The notes under the pieces are model-generated. The model ran no database searches. It saw nothing but the letters and a program-made list of their open reading frames with translations, and was not told the origin of the DNA. Positions 13,401 to 43,819 of a stretch of DNA of 64,000 bases are shown here, piece by piece. Both the position numbers and the translations under genes were made by a program. Within the stretch, counting starts at the first letter, position 1, and every line of letters begins with the position of its first letter. Origin of the DNA: Mobula hypostoma (Eukaryota); assembly GCF_963921235.1 (NCBI RefSeq), contig NC_086097.1, positions 37,698,001 through 37,762,000 on the forward strand, written 5' to 3'.

Positions 13401-16400
13401 AATAGTACAGCACAGTACAGGCCCTTCAGCCCACAATGTTGTGCTGACCCTCAAACCCTGCCTCCCATATAAGCCCCCACCTTAAATTCCTCCATATACC
13501 TGTCTGGTAGTCTCTTAAACTTCACTAGTGTATCTGCCTCCACCACTGACTCAGGCAGTACATTCCACACATCAACCACTCTCTGAGTAAAAAACCGTCC
13601 TCTAATATCCCCCTTGAACTTCCCACCCCTTACCTTAAAGCCATGTCCTCTTGTATTGAGCAGTGGTGCCCTGGGGAAGAGGCGCTGGCTATCCACTCTA
13701 TCTATTCCTCTTATTATCTTGTACACAAGATAAGATTTACAGTCTAGTAAAATTCTGGTAACTATACTCTTAAGTGCACCAACAGTAAAAATGAAAATAA
13801 AAATATTTTGATCGTTATATCATAAATGCAAAATGTTATGATCCCATTTATGTATTCTGTTTTCCAGGGATTTTTTAATTCTCTTCGACCAGAGCTTGCT
13901 AATTACCCAGGAATTGTAATCAGCATGGTTTGTCCAGGATTTGTCCACTCAAATATTGTGAAAAATGCTTTTACTGAAGAGATAAATAAGGTAAAACAGG
14001 TTATAGATGTACTGATCATGGGTAGTTGATGCTAGATAGTTTGAGGATCATCATTAATGTCCTATGAAAAGCCACAGTGGTAATAGGTTTACTGCATTAA
14101 CCATTCTTTTAAATAAAACTCAGTGGTTACAATGTTCATGTTATTGAAAATACCGATGTAGTACAGGGTAACTGCAAAATACTAGGCAAGTAAGTATTAT
14201 CTTGATTCAGGAACAGTAGATTAAAATAAAAAAACAAGGAAAACTGACAAAAATATCAGTTAGATACAGTTAAATGTTGTCTTTTGAATCCCCACTTTCA
14301 TTTGAGACACTGATTAGTTGCCTGGCATGTTTAAATACTGTACAGGGAAATATGGATTATTCTACTGTATTTTTGCAGTGTTTTTATGCTTTCTTTAGAC
14401 TACAACTAAGAGTTCAGAACAAACCTGCAAAATGCCAACAGCCCGTTGTGCTCGACTGATATTAGTTGGAATGGCAAACGAATTAAAGGAGATGTGGATT
14501 TCAGAGCAGCCATTGCTGCTTTATGTTTACCTGTGGCAGTACACTCCAACCTGGGCCTGGCTGGTAGCTGACAAGGTGTCAGTAAAGAGAATTAAGAATT
14601 TGAAAAGTGGATTGGTAGGTATAATTTACTATAATTAATCAATGTATTTTGACAATTCCTTTTTATTAAGAAACTATCAGTAGAGTTTATCAGCTCTTTA
14701 GTAGCATAGCATGGTAAGGCTCAGAGTTAAAATCAGAAGACATTAATAAGAATTTTTAATAATGAAAAAGAAATTTAAATCTTGAAAAGGACCTTTACTC
14801 CATTTTTTTCCCCAAGTCTCTGTAGTGTTCTGTGGCAGAATTAACAATTAGGCTATTTTGCAAATCACAATATCTGCTCCCATCCTTTCATCATCTGATT
14901 ATATAACAAAGATCTGTCTTTAGGTGAATCTATACTCCTGATGAAATAGCTATCCACTCTAGTCCCTGCCACATGGTCCCTTTCCTATATTAGGTTAAGT
15001 GTTTTGAAGAGCCTTATTTTATATGGAAGACTAACTAAATCTATTTCAATGCAAAGATTTTATTGGTATAATAGTACATGTTGTCAACAATATTCAGTAT
15101 CTGCATTAGAGGTACATTGGATAATATAAAGAATACCTTTCTGAAAAACAAATTATTAAATGGTCGACAGTGGTATAACTATTACAATTTATTATTGGTG
15201 TCCCCCACTTCAAATAATTTCAAATGTATTGATTGTATGATGCAAAAGCCAAGTGCCCTAATTGTGAATTCATAGTTTCTTGTAAATATCACAGAATCTG
15301 AATTGGGCTCATTATCACTGGGATTAGTTGTTTTACAGCACCAGTACAGTGCAAAGCATAAGTTACTGTTACAAAAAATAGTCCATAAGAGGAAGAATAT
15401 TCATGGGTTCATGGACTAATCAGAATTCTGATGATGGCGGTGAAGTTGTTTTCCCTAAAATACTGAGTATGGGGCTTGAGGCTCTTCTACCTCTTTGCTG
15501 ATGGTAGAAACGAGAAGAGGGCATGTCCTGGATGATTAAGGTCTTTAATAGTGAATATCACTTTCAGGCACTGCCTCTTGGAGATGTCCTCGATGGTGGG
15601 GATGAAGCCGTGTTAGTCTACAACCTCCGCTGCAGCCTCTTTTGACCCTGCACATTAGTCTCCATACCAGGTGGTGATGCACCCAGTCAGAATGTTGAAA
15701 TCTGATGACATACCAAATCTCCTCAATTAATGAAGTAGAGCCGCTGGCATGACTTTTTCATGATTGCAGCAATCGCAGTCTTTTGGATTATGTAATATCT
15801 TACGGAACTCAGCAAAATATTTAACAATGAATTCAGTAAATTTTAACATAACATTTCAAGATGACTTTAAAAGTGAGTAATCTTACACTGGCCAAATATT
15901 AAATCCATGTTGAAAGCAGGTAAGCTGATCTCTACATAACTCTAGATTATTGTGAACAATAACATTTTCCATTTAATTTTAAACTAAAAATGGGAAATGC
16001 TGTAAACACTCAAGCAGCACTGTAGAAAGAGAAACACGATTAATATTTTCGTCCTGAAATGTTAACTGTGTTTCTCTTTCCACAGTTGCTGTTTGGTCTG
16101 TTCAGTATTTCTAGCATTTTTGATAATTGCCCTTCAAATACCAATTAATAGCAGATATATTCGTGGCACTAAATGGATTCTGCTCTGCTTAACAGCACGG
16201 TAATAAACTACAATATAATTAGAATATTCATGATGTGGTGTATCCTCAAATAATCTAAGCATGCCAAAGTAGATTTTATAATGCCAGTGAGATTTGCCTA
16301 CATCACAATAGTATGAACAGCTTGTTCTTTTCTGACAATTTTTTGTTGGCAATTTTTCATGATTAAGGATGCTGATGCCACATATTTTGGAAAGAAAAAG

Positions 16401-16415
16401 GTTAAAGCAACTTGA
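7258..16415 (+). CDS. DHRS7: Dehydrogenase/reductase SDR family member 7, 5'-partial; join(7258..7410,8716..8822,11179..11418,13868..13990,14399..14614,16368..16415)
   Basis: Spliced translation has SDR motifs [12 protein letters not shown] and YASSK (YxxxK), plus DHRS7-like WISEQP..YLWQY.PTWAW. All introns are GT-AG with compatible phases. Exon sizes are 153/107/240/123/216/48. Adjacent to PCNX4 as in human. Confidence 0.95.
8716..8822 (+). CDS. DHRS7: DHRS7 coding exon 3
   Basis: tttgtag|ATTGT...GGTAAA|gtatgt; encodes [36 protein letters not shown]. Confidence 0.93.
8985..9480 (-). mobile_element. Penelope-like element 3' fragment (GIY-YIG end plus terminal repeat)
   Basis: [24 protein letters not shown] followed by a CT-rich tract and a degenerate hammerhead-like terminus. 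Confidence 0.8.
11179..11418 (+). CDS. DHRS7: DHRS7 coding exon 4 (NNAG, catalytic S and YxxxK)
   Basis: tttttcag|ATCGAC...CTTCAG|gtagt; [14 protein letters not shown]...VTVSS...[10 protein letters not shown]. Confidence 0.96.
11930..13270 (-). mobile_element. Old, heavily decayed CR1-like LINE
   Basis: Residual RT motif [11 protein letters not shown]; fragmentary similarity to other CR1 copies. Confidence 0.5.
13392..13728 (-). mobile_element. CR1 LINE 3' end
   Basis: [17 protein letters not shown]...[10 protein letters not shown]...[14 protein letters not shown]. Confidence 0.88.
13868..13990 (+). CDS. DHRS7: DHRS7 coding exon 5
   Basis: tttccag|GGATTT...AATAAG|gtaaaa; [41 protein letters not shown]. 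Confidence 0.95.
14399..14614 (+). CDS. DHRS7: DHRS7 coding exon 6
   Basis: ttctttag|ACTACA...GGATTG|gtaggt; [44 protein letters not shown]. Confidence 0.94.
15290..15775 (-). mobile_element. Rex1-like LINE 3' fragment
   Basis: Similar to the Rex1-like 3' ends at 5.6-6.2 kb and 43.8-44.8 kb. Confidence 0.55.
15995..16120. repeat. Old palindromic PLE-terminus-derived element
   Basis: Imperfect inverted arms aaatgctg...gaaagagaaacac / gtgtttctctttc...tagcattt around a cctgaaatgttaactg hammerhead-like remnant. Confidence 0.6.
16368..16415 (+). CDS. DHRS7: DHRS7 last coding exon (stop TGA 16413-16415)
   Basis: gattaag|GATGCTGAT...[21 protein letters not shown], resembling the DAD..YF C-terminus of DHRS7. 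The acceptor is a weaker AAG. Confidence 0.85.
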   Translation, partial: DADATYFGKKKVKAT

Positions 16416-16582
16416 AGCTATGGCTATTTTGCTTTATTTGAAGGTAATGCATGTTTTGCTTATTAGTTTTATTGTTTACTTTGCATAATGTCATTTATTA
16501 AGTTATTTACATTAGGTAAATTCTGTAATGCTTTTTGTATTCTCGACACAATTTAAGAATGTGAAAGGTACTATGCAAATTT

Positions 16583-16760
16583 TAAACATGAGAAATTCTG
16601 CAGATGTTGGAAATCCAAAGCAACACATAAAATGCTGGAGGAACTCAAGTCAGGCAGCATCAATGGAAATGAATAATTGAGACCCTTCTTCAGGAATGGA
16701 AAGAAAAGGGGAAAACACCAGAATAAAAACGTGTTGGGGTGGGGGACGAGAAGAGAGAGG
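16583..16760 (-). mobile_element. Penelope-like terminal fragment just downstream of the DHRS7 stop
   Basis: ctgcagatgttggaaatccaaagcaacacataaaatgctggaggaactc, the same terminus as other PLE copies. Confidence 0.7.
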
Positions 16761-18003
16761 GAAGCAAATGTATAAATCTGTGATTTATGTTACCCAAATT
16801 TGTGACGTTGTTAATGTTTTGTCAGATTAAGCTATCAGAAATGAAGCTAACCACAAAATTTTTCCCCCCCTATTCAATTGAATTTTTTTCAGTACCTATT
16901 CTTGTAGTGCCAGGACCTCTAAAATAACTAGATTAACCAGTTTGTTTCTGCTGGGGGCCACTCAGGAATTGGTTTACATTCAAATCTCTGATGAACCTAA
17001 CCCTAGCAGTATGTAAATAGGCAAACATGTTTTGTGGCACTGAGGGATACTAAGCAGATCAGACCCAAGCTTAATGCAGCCTGGGTACAGAAAGAGGTTC
17101 ATTGAGTATAGCAAGAGAAATGATGTCATTCAGTTGTTGTCATTAACTTCTGGTTTGATATAATTACAATACATTAAGACTCAAGATCCAGATGGGCATT
17201 CAGGATATGGGTTACTAGTCTTCATATATGAATGAATTAGCTTCTTCAGAAAACACAGGCAAGGAAGTAAATGTTAAGTACTGTTAAGCTACTTTCTCTT
17301 CTCTGAAGACGTCATTGATGTGGAAGTGCTGAAAATCATCCAGGACACTTGAGTAGAAATGTTGGCAGATCAACCAAGTTTAACTTTGCGGTATTTAGTT
17401 GACTTAAAAAAAGCAAGCACTTATGCCTGTGCTTTCTTAACATACATCACTGTTTCCTTTTCTCACACGGCAAACCTGCACACTACCAACAACTCCTCAC
17501 CCTGCCTCCTCCCTTCCTGAGCACTACTTGATCACTTTAGACTTCATTTCAGACATGTTGCAACCATGTCAGAAGGGTCAAAATCTATGTGTTTGTAAAT
17601 GCATGCCTTAAACTTGCTAACAGATTTCTGCCAGTGTATCTATTACTTTATTCAACCAAATGACCTGACACAAGAAAATAAATAGGAGAAGTAGGCCTTT
17701 TGACTCATGTCTGCTCTGCCATCCGTAAGGTCATGGCTGATCATTTATCGCAGAACTTCTTTCCCTTAATAACTAAAATCCTGGGATTTTAAATATTGTT
17801 CAAATACAACAAAGTTGTTCTTAGCAGCTCTGTCAACATTTACTATTCAGTCTCCACAACCTTCCGGGATAGAGAACTATCAAATATTTAGTACCTGTGA
17901 GTAAAAAATATTCTTCAATTCTATCACAAATGACTGATTCCAAGCATTAAACCAGATAGAGTATGAAATCTTCATTTATCCCTCTAAGAATCTCTCTACA
18001 ACA

Positions 18004-19365
18004 TTGATGACTGCATTGTTGCTGCTTCCTACACCAATGCTGATCTCATCAATTTCATCAACTTTGCTTCCAAACTCCACCTCAAGTTTACTTGGTCCAT
18101 CTGACACTTTTCTCTCCTTTCTTGATCTCTCTGCCTCCATTTCTGGGGACAGACTATCCACTGACGTATTTCATAAAACTACTGGCATAGTGGGTTTACC
18201 TTTTCCCACACTTTCACTTGTAAAAATGCTATTCTCTTTTCTCAGAGTAAGGATTTCTAACCATAACATCTGAGATTTTGTTCAGAGAAAGGGGTTTCCC
18301 CTTCCACCATCAATGCAGCCCTCACTTGCATCTCCTCCACTTCCCACACCTCATCCTCTCACTACTTATAATAGATAGGCTTCTCCTGTCTTTAGCTACA
18401 GCACATCATTCTCTGTAATCCACCACTTCCAATGGAATCCTACCACTAGACATACCTTTCCATCCAAACACCTCCCATCTCCACTTTCCATAGGAATCCT
18501 TGTCCACTGATTCCCCTCAACACTCCCTCTTGGCACTTATCCCTGCAAGTATGGTAAGTGTTACACCTGCACCTACACCTCCTCCGTCACTACTGTTCAC
18601 GGCCCCAAACAGTTCATCCAGATGAGGTGGTACTTCACCTGCAAGTTGGCGAGGATCATCCATTGTATCTAGTACTCTGTGTAATCTCCTCCTCTACATC
18701 AGTGAGATCCAATGTTGATGGGGGGGGGGGAGACTGCTTTTTTGAACACCTTCGCTCTGTCTGTCACAAAAGGCAGGATCTCCTGGTCACTACCCATTTC
18801 AGTTCAGCTTACCATTCCCATTCTGACGTTTCTGTCCATGGCTTCCTCTACTGTCATGATGAGACCACACTCAGGTTGGAGGAACAACACTCCATATTCC
18901 ATCTGAATAGCCTCCAACCTGATGGGATGAACATAAATTTTAGTCATTTCTGGTAATTTTTTCTCTCTCTCCCCCCCCCCCCCATTTTGGTTATACTGTC
19001 ACCCACCTCACCCACCCATCACCTCCCTATGGTTATGCTCCTTCCTTTTCCTCCATGGTCCAACTGTCCTTTCCTATCAGATTCCTTCAGCTGTTTACCT
19101 CTTCCATTTTTCACCTCCCAACTTCTTTCTTAAACCCACCTCAACCAACTGGTCTCACCTATCACCTGCCCGTTTGTAATTTTTCCCCTCCCCACCACAC
19201 CTTAATCTGGCTTTTGCCCCCTTCCTTTCTGGTCCTGATGAAGGGGCTTGGCTCCAAACGTCAACTGTTTATTCCCCTCCATGGATGCTGTATGACTTGC
19301 TGAGTTCCTCCAGCATTTTGTTTGTGTTTCTCAAGATATCTAGCATCCGCAGAATCTCGTCTTGT
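18004..19365 (+). mobile_element. Penelope-like element, decayed (RT C-terminus, GIY-YIG endonuclease, terminal repeat)
   Basis: FLDLSASISGDRLSTDVFHKT and EHLRSV..QDLLVTTHF...[24 protein letters not shown]; terminus gtcctgatgaagggg...aaacgtcaactg. Confidence 0.85.
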
Positions 19366-20271
19366 AAGAATTCAGTATGTTTCAATGAGAACATCTGTCA
19401 TTGTTCTAAAATCTATAGATTATAGGTGTAATCTGGTTAATTTTTCTTCATGTGATAAACCAAACATCCCAGCAATCAATCTGGCAAATCTTTGCTACGC
19501 TCTGTAACAAGTTTATGCTCTATCATATTATCTTCATCATTTAAGTTTTGTGAATTTTGCCATCCGTCTGCCATCATGTGGTTTGCGAATTCTGACCAGT
19601 TTAAATGGCGTCCACCTCTTGGCTGTGAACTTGCCCAATGACAGCTGCTTTCAGTTTACTTCCCACAGTCACTCCCTAACACTGTAGCAGCACTCCCTCC
19701 CTGTCCACCCCCCACCCCAAGTTCCAATCATATCCTTATCCATAACTATCTGCAAGCTTAGAGTTCCCTCTATTGTTTCAAAGTACATTAATGCTCAAAG
19801 AATGTATAAATTATACAACAGAGATTTGTTTGCTTACAAGCAGTTGCAAAGCAAGGAACACAGAAGAACCTAAAAAAACCAACTCCCAATGCGCAGTGAG
19901 AGGGGGGGAAAAAAAATCAAATCATGCAAACAATAGAAGCGAGCAACAACAGCATTCCGACCCAAACTGAGTCTTTACATCCAAATCCCTGGACCAGCCC
20001 AGAGCAGGCCCCAGGCCTTGTATTCAGTTCATCATATTAGCGGGGCAAATCACCGCAAAGTTCGCAGACGCAAACCATAGCAGCCAGGGCCAGTCTCAGT
20101 TTTGCAGATAGAGGAGCCCCCAGCCTACCTGGATTGGCGCTTAAATTGTCCAAACAGCAGATTGTAACCCCCACTAAGACCCAGTATGAAAATATAACCT
20201 TTGGTCCCCTCTGTGAAATTGGTCATAGATTGTGAAAAGCTGAGGCTCAAGCACCAATCCCTACGGAACCT

Positions 20272-21100
20272 CAAACAAGAGAAAATCTGCAGATGCTGGA
20301 AGTCTGAGCAACACACACAAAATACTGGAGGAACTCAGCAGGTCAGGCAGCATCTATGAAAAAAAATACAGTCAACATTTCGGGCAGAAACCCTTCATCA
20401 CTAGTAACAACCTGCACGCTTAACAGGATCTATTTATTCCCAATTGTGTTCTCTCATTCCAATAACCATTGTCAATATATTCAGTCTGACTCTATGTATC
20501 CAAGTTTATTGAATAAACCCATATAAGATCTTGTCTCAATCTTCAAGGATCAAATCAGAAGTCTGGTAGAACAGTCTTCACTTACCAGGCTGACTGCAAC
20601 AACTATCAATAAACTCTAACATATTTAGGACAAAGCAACAAACACAAAATGCTGGAGGAACTCAGCAGGCCAGGTTGTATCTATGGAAAAGCATAAACAG
20701 TCGATGTTTTTGGCCCAGAATCTTCATTAGGACTGGATAAATCAGAGCAAAAAGGCAGGGGGAGGGGTAGAATCACGATTGGAAAAAAGTCAGAGCCAGA
20801 AGGCAATACAGTAATATACAATAAGGTAGATTGTATGGTAGGATTCACCAAGAGATTTTGACTACAAGAGTAAACTCTCAATTATATAGGGCCTTGTTGA
20901 GAGCTCACCGGGAGTATTCCTCCCGCCCCCCCCCCCACCTTGCTCTGACTTCTGACCTTCTTTCCCCCCAGTCCGAATGAAGGGTCTCAGCCCAAATGTC
21001 AATTGTTTACTCTTTTCCATAGATGTTGACTGTCCTGCTGAACTCCTCCAGTATTTGGTGTGTGGTGCTTGGATTTCAATCTCCAGAGTTTTTCCTGTTT
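20272..21100. mobile_element. Cluster of PLE terminal repeats in both orientations (20272-20402 -, 20632-20770 -, 20920-21100 +) with a small CR1 remnant
   Basis: Repeated gctggaggaactcagcagg..cagcatctatg terminus and degenerate hammerhead cores. Confidence 0.7.
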
Positions 21101-22034
21101 ACGTTCAGGTTAAAGCACTGCGTTTGAATGGCAACTCTGAATATTCATTTCCTGCACCTCTAGCACACAATTTATGTTATCATATATTACCTTGATTTAT
21201 TTTTTGTAGGCATTTATAGGGGGAAAAATAGAATATAATTTTACAAAACACTGTACATAAACAAAGTCTGATATGTACAAAAAAAATAGTATAAATAATA
21301 CTGATAAGTTGTAAAATGTCCTTGAAAGTGAGGCTGTAGAAGCAGTTCAGATGAATGGTGAATGAGGTCAGTTCAGGATGGTTTTGGAGCCTGATGGTTG
21401 CAGGGTAATAACTGTTCCTGAACCCAAGGTCTCTATACCTCTTGTCTGATAGTTGTAGTGAGAATAGGGTCAATAGCTTGAGTATGCACGATCTGCAAAA
21501 TAATTACTCAAACAGCATGTTCCAGACATTTAACTTTTATCAACACAAATGACAAGGATATATTGAATTGAACTGATTCAGAGCCAGTACCCCTCTAACT
21601 CACATACCATCCTGACATAAAAATATTTCTGTTCGTTCATCATTCTAAGTTCTGGAGAAACCCGCTGTATAGCACTGGGAGATGAGATCCAGAAAAAGAG
21701 AGATCTATAGAATTGTCACCTATTGTATCTCATCCTCGAATAAATCCAGATTTATCTTTAACCTATTCTTTACATTTATCTAAATGGTGAGCATCTGCTG
21801 AATAAGTACAAAGTTTTGACTATTACAGTGCTACTGTGCAATTCTATCTGCAATGTCAGTTACCTTTGCAGGAGATGTGCAAGATCTGTAGAGCATTTTA
21901 GTAATCCAGAATGACAAAACACTAGGTGTTTGGAGTAGGTAAAGATTTAATTTTAAGGTTAAGAAGCAATAGATTTTCTATTATATATAAATACTTAAAC
22001 TGCAAAAGTCAAAGCTGAAATGTTTGTACACATC

Positions 22035-22040
22035 TTTATT
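22035..22040 (-). terminator. Candidate PCNX4 polyadenylation signal AATAAA (others at 22091-22096 and 22169-22174)
   Basis: TTTATT on + strand about 1.3 kb beyond the PCNX4 stop, followed on the - strand by U/GU-rich sequence. Confidence 0.45.
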
Positions 22041-23349
22041 GTAACTTCAATATATACAAATCTATAACTCTAACAAATTTGATTTAAAAATTTATTGCTC
22101 ATCTCTGAAAAACTGAACTAAAATACCAGCATACTATAAAATATTATATTAATTGGACAGTGAAAGGATTTATTAACCAATTCATATTGTGCAACACTTA
22201 AAAGGCACTATTAATAATGCTGAAGATTAATTCTTGCTTGGTTGAAAATTTTAAACATGTTCTTAAACGAATGCATGTTTTCTGGCACTTTTAGTACATT
22301 TCCTTTACAGTGCATATAAATTCCTTCTGTATTTTATTTTGGCTTGTGATAGTATCAGATGGTGCGGTACCTGTTTGGGAATTTTCAGACTTTTCTCTCA
22401 GATTGCAGATGAATACCAAGAGTATAGCTCAGTTCAGAAAGTGGCAATTATTCAAAGAATTAGTACCAATTCACTATACCAACATTGTACCTGACTTTGA
22501 AATAAGTTTATAGAATTAATAAAAATAATTTACTGCTACCCTAAATTCTTGCTTCCAAATAAAAATTCATCAAAAAATTAACAAATACATACATGATTCA
22601 ATTTAATTTCAATGTGCCAGAGGATATTAATATCAGATTTTAGCCTCAGTGATATCTCCAAAACTTCATTTAAATTTGTGTCATCTTGAATGAGACTACT
22701 TGCCCTAAAACTAAAATGCTCTCATCAAAAACAGAATGGATAAAATATCATTTTTGGTATCAGAAATTTATGGCAAAAGTTAATGAAAAAAAGAAATTTA
22801 ACATTTTTCAATAATTCTTATATTTGATGTAATGAGATCTTTGGAAATGAGACATTTAAAATTCTTCAGTCTCATGGCTTTAAAAATCTGGCATCATTTT
22901 AGAATTTAAAATGTTTGCAGAAAATATACTGAACTGCATTCTACTCTTGAATGAGACTGGCACATGCTGAAATACAGGTTCATAGTTTTTTTTTTCATTT
23001 TCCTAATCCAAATATTGGCATACTGTAAGAACACAGGGAGCGCAGTTGAGCATAATTCAACAGGTCATACTTTTCAGGAGTAGTAGGGCTGCAGTCCTGT
23101 TTAATTTCTCAACTACATTCTGTCATCAACTTTCCATGTATACACAAATCCATCAATTCTGAACAAAAACTTGGAAGAAACTAATTTTACAATTACCCTG
23201 AATTATTTTTGCATAGCTGACACGCTTCCAAGTAGTGCACTTAATCATATTAGTTCATTTTGAATCTATACCGAAGTGTGAGGACATTTGATTTTCAGTG
23301 TTTCTATAGTAATAGCTCAGTTCTGATTGACCAGTACTATAAATTACAT

Positions 23350-41565
<18,216 letters not shown>

Positions 41566-42937
41566 TTATATCATCAGTATTTCCATCGTGTTTCTCATCT
41601 AGAAATGTCAGAATTTAACAGTAAATCATCAGAAAAACATGTTTGTAATTATATCCAGAAAACAACCACAAAATATTTTATTACATATTTAGCATCACAG
41701 ATTTCATTACAACAGGGATGCAATGCAGTGGCTAATGTAGATTAATGTGACTGGTAAAGGAGAAGACTAGAAGATTGATACTAGGCATTGTAAATTGAAC
41801 TCACCAAACTTAATTACCACCCACTCAACTTACAAAATTTCTACATCAGCAGCAAGCTATCCCATGTAGCTTAAGAGCTGCAAAGCAGATTTTGTTCAGT
41901 GTCGTTCATGTGTAATCAAAAACAAAATTCTATTCAGCCATTTATAACACAGCAAATTTCAGGAGTTACATCAAAATGACGAAGTAATATTTTACACATC
42001 CCTCTTAACCATACTCAGGAATTCAAGTTTCAGCTTTAGTTATTAGTTTTAACTACCATTTTTAAAGAACTTAAGTAGCCATGTGTTTCATTAACTAAAA
42101 GCTTTGTTCCAGCTACATTTTTCTCTTCTGCAAAATCAACCTAAAGTATAAGTATTTAACTGACTTATTTAATGATCCTCCCTTTTCCCAGATGATAATT
42201 TACAATTATTTACAAGATTATAAAAACTACTTTTATTCCACCTTCCCAAAGTGCATTTGTAATTTTTGGCAAGACACTCAAAAGGCATAGCTATTTTGCT
42301 GTTTCCTCCAAAAGTGACGAACTAGAAAAAGAAAAGTAAATTGATAAATTTGTTTATCATTGTCACATGTATCGAGGTAGAATGAAAAATGTCTGTGAAA
42401 AAGTGTTCTATAATTTCACTCGAGGGTCTAACTCTCATTTCAAGATCGTGCCTCTTTGTTGTCTATTCAATTTTAGAGGGAACAGTTTCTCTGTACCTGT
42501 CTTATCAGATTATATGTTCCATGAGAGCATTCAGCACTGAGTACTGAACATTAAACACAGTCTGTGCAACGCTGGTGTCAGACACGGCTCTATTATTCTC
42601 ACTCTTGCTAGAAGACTGAGATTCAAACCTTGCTGTAGAAGCGTGGTGTAAGATTAGAGCATGCATTCCAGTGCCGAATTGTGGGAATGCTAAATTATTA
42701 AAGAAGCCAGTTTTTGAACAATATGAAACTGAGATGCCCTGAGGTGAGCATTAAAAAGATCCCACAATATCATTTTGACGATCACAGGTGCAGTCCCTAC
42801 TATTCTTGGCAGCAATAATGTTCCAATCAATAATTACTAAAAAATATTGTAGGCAGTTTCTGTAGGCTTATATTAATTGGATGCCACAGTTCTTACATTA
42901 CAATATTAATTACACTTTAGAAATATTTAACCAACTC

Positions 42938-43382
42938 TTGGGCACCACAGTAGCATGGCAGTTAGAGTGATGCTATTACAGCTTGGGGCCTAGGAGTTCA
43001 GAGCTCAATTCCGCATCATCTGTAAGGAGTCTGTACGACCACCCTGCCATCAGGAATGTGTGGGTTTTCTCCAACAGCTCCAATTACCTCCCACAGTCCA
43101 AACACATACCAGTTAGTAGGTTAATTGGTTGTTATAAAATTGCCCTGTGATTAGGCTAGGATTAAATTGGAGGTTGCTGGGTCAAGGGTCAGAAGGGCTG
43201 TGGAATGTGTGGGTTTTCTCCAACAGCTCCAACTACCTCCCACAGTCCAAACACCTACCAGTTAGTAGGTTAATTGGTTGTTATAAAATTGCCCTGTGAT
43301 TAGGCTAGGATTAAATCGGAGGTTGCTGGGTCAAGGGTCAGAAGGGCTGATTCCACGCTGTATCATTAAATAAATAAATAAA
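42938..43382 (+). mobile_element. tRNA-derived V-SINE-like element with an internal 148-bp tandem duplication and (AAAT)n tail
   Basis: tRNA-like head, V-domain-like ctcccacagtccaaa..gttagtaggttaattgg; copies at 43053-43200 and 43202-43349. Confidence 0.75.
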
Positions 43383-43424
43383 CTGCACAACGCTTTGGGA
43401 ACTCCCAAGATCATGAAATATAAT

Positions 43425-43727
43425 TGAGAGGTGATTGATAAATTTGTGGCCTAAGGTAGGAGGAGTCAATTTTTAGAAAACCTAGCACATTTATTTTTCA
43501 ACATAATCCTCTCCTACATTTACACACTTCGGTCGTGGAGCATACGGATCCCTTCTTTGTAGAAGTCGGTGTCTTGGACCTCCAGAAAGTGGTCCACAGC
43601 AGGGCTGATTGATAAGTTTGTAGCCCAAGGTAGAAGGAGATGAATTATTAACTTCAAACTTTCTGCATAATCAGAGTTGAGCTGCACATGCATGTAACGA
43701 GAGCTGTATAACTCATCTCCTTCTACT
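43425..43727. mobile_element. Non-autonomous mariner-like element
   Basis: Repeated g(g/c)tgattgataa.tttgt.gcc.aaggtag.aggag motif and an inverted ctccttctac end. Confidence 0.5.
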
Positions 43728-43819
43728 CCTCATATAAGTCTGTTCCTTTTATCAGCTGACTATAGCTACAAAGATTTGTATTACCATCAAAATACCTCAG
43801 TTCCCTTTGTATCCCAAAG

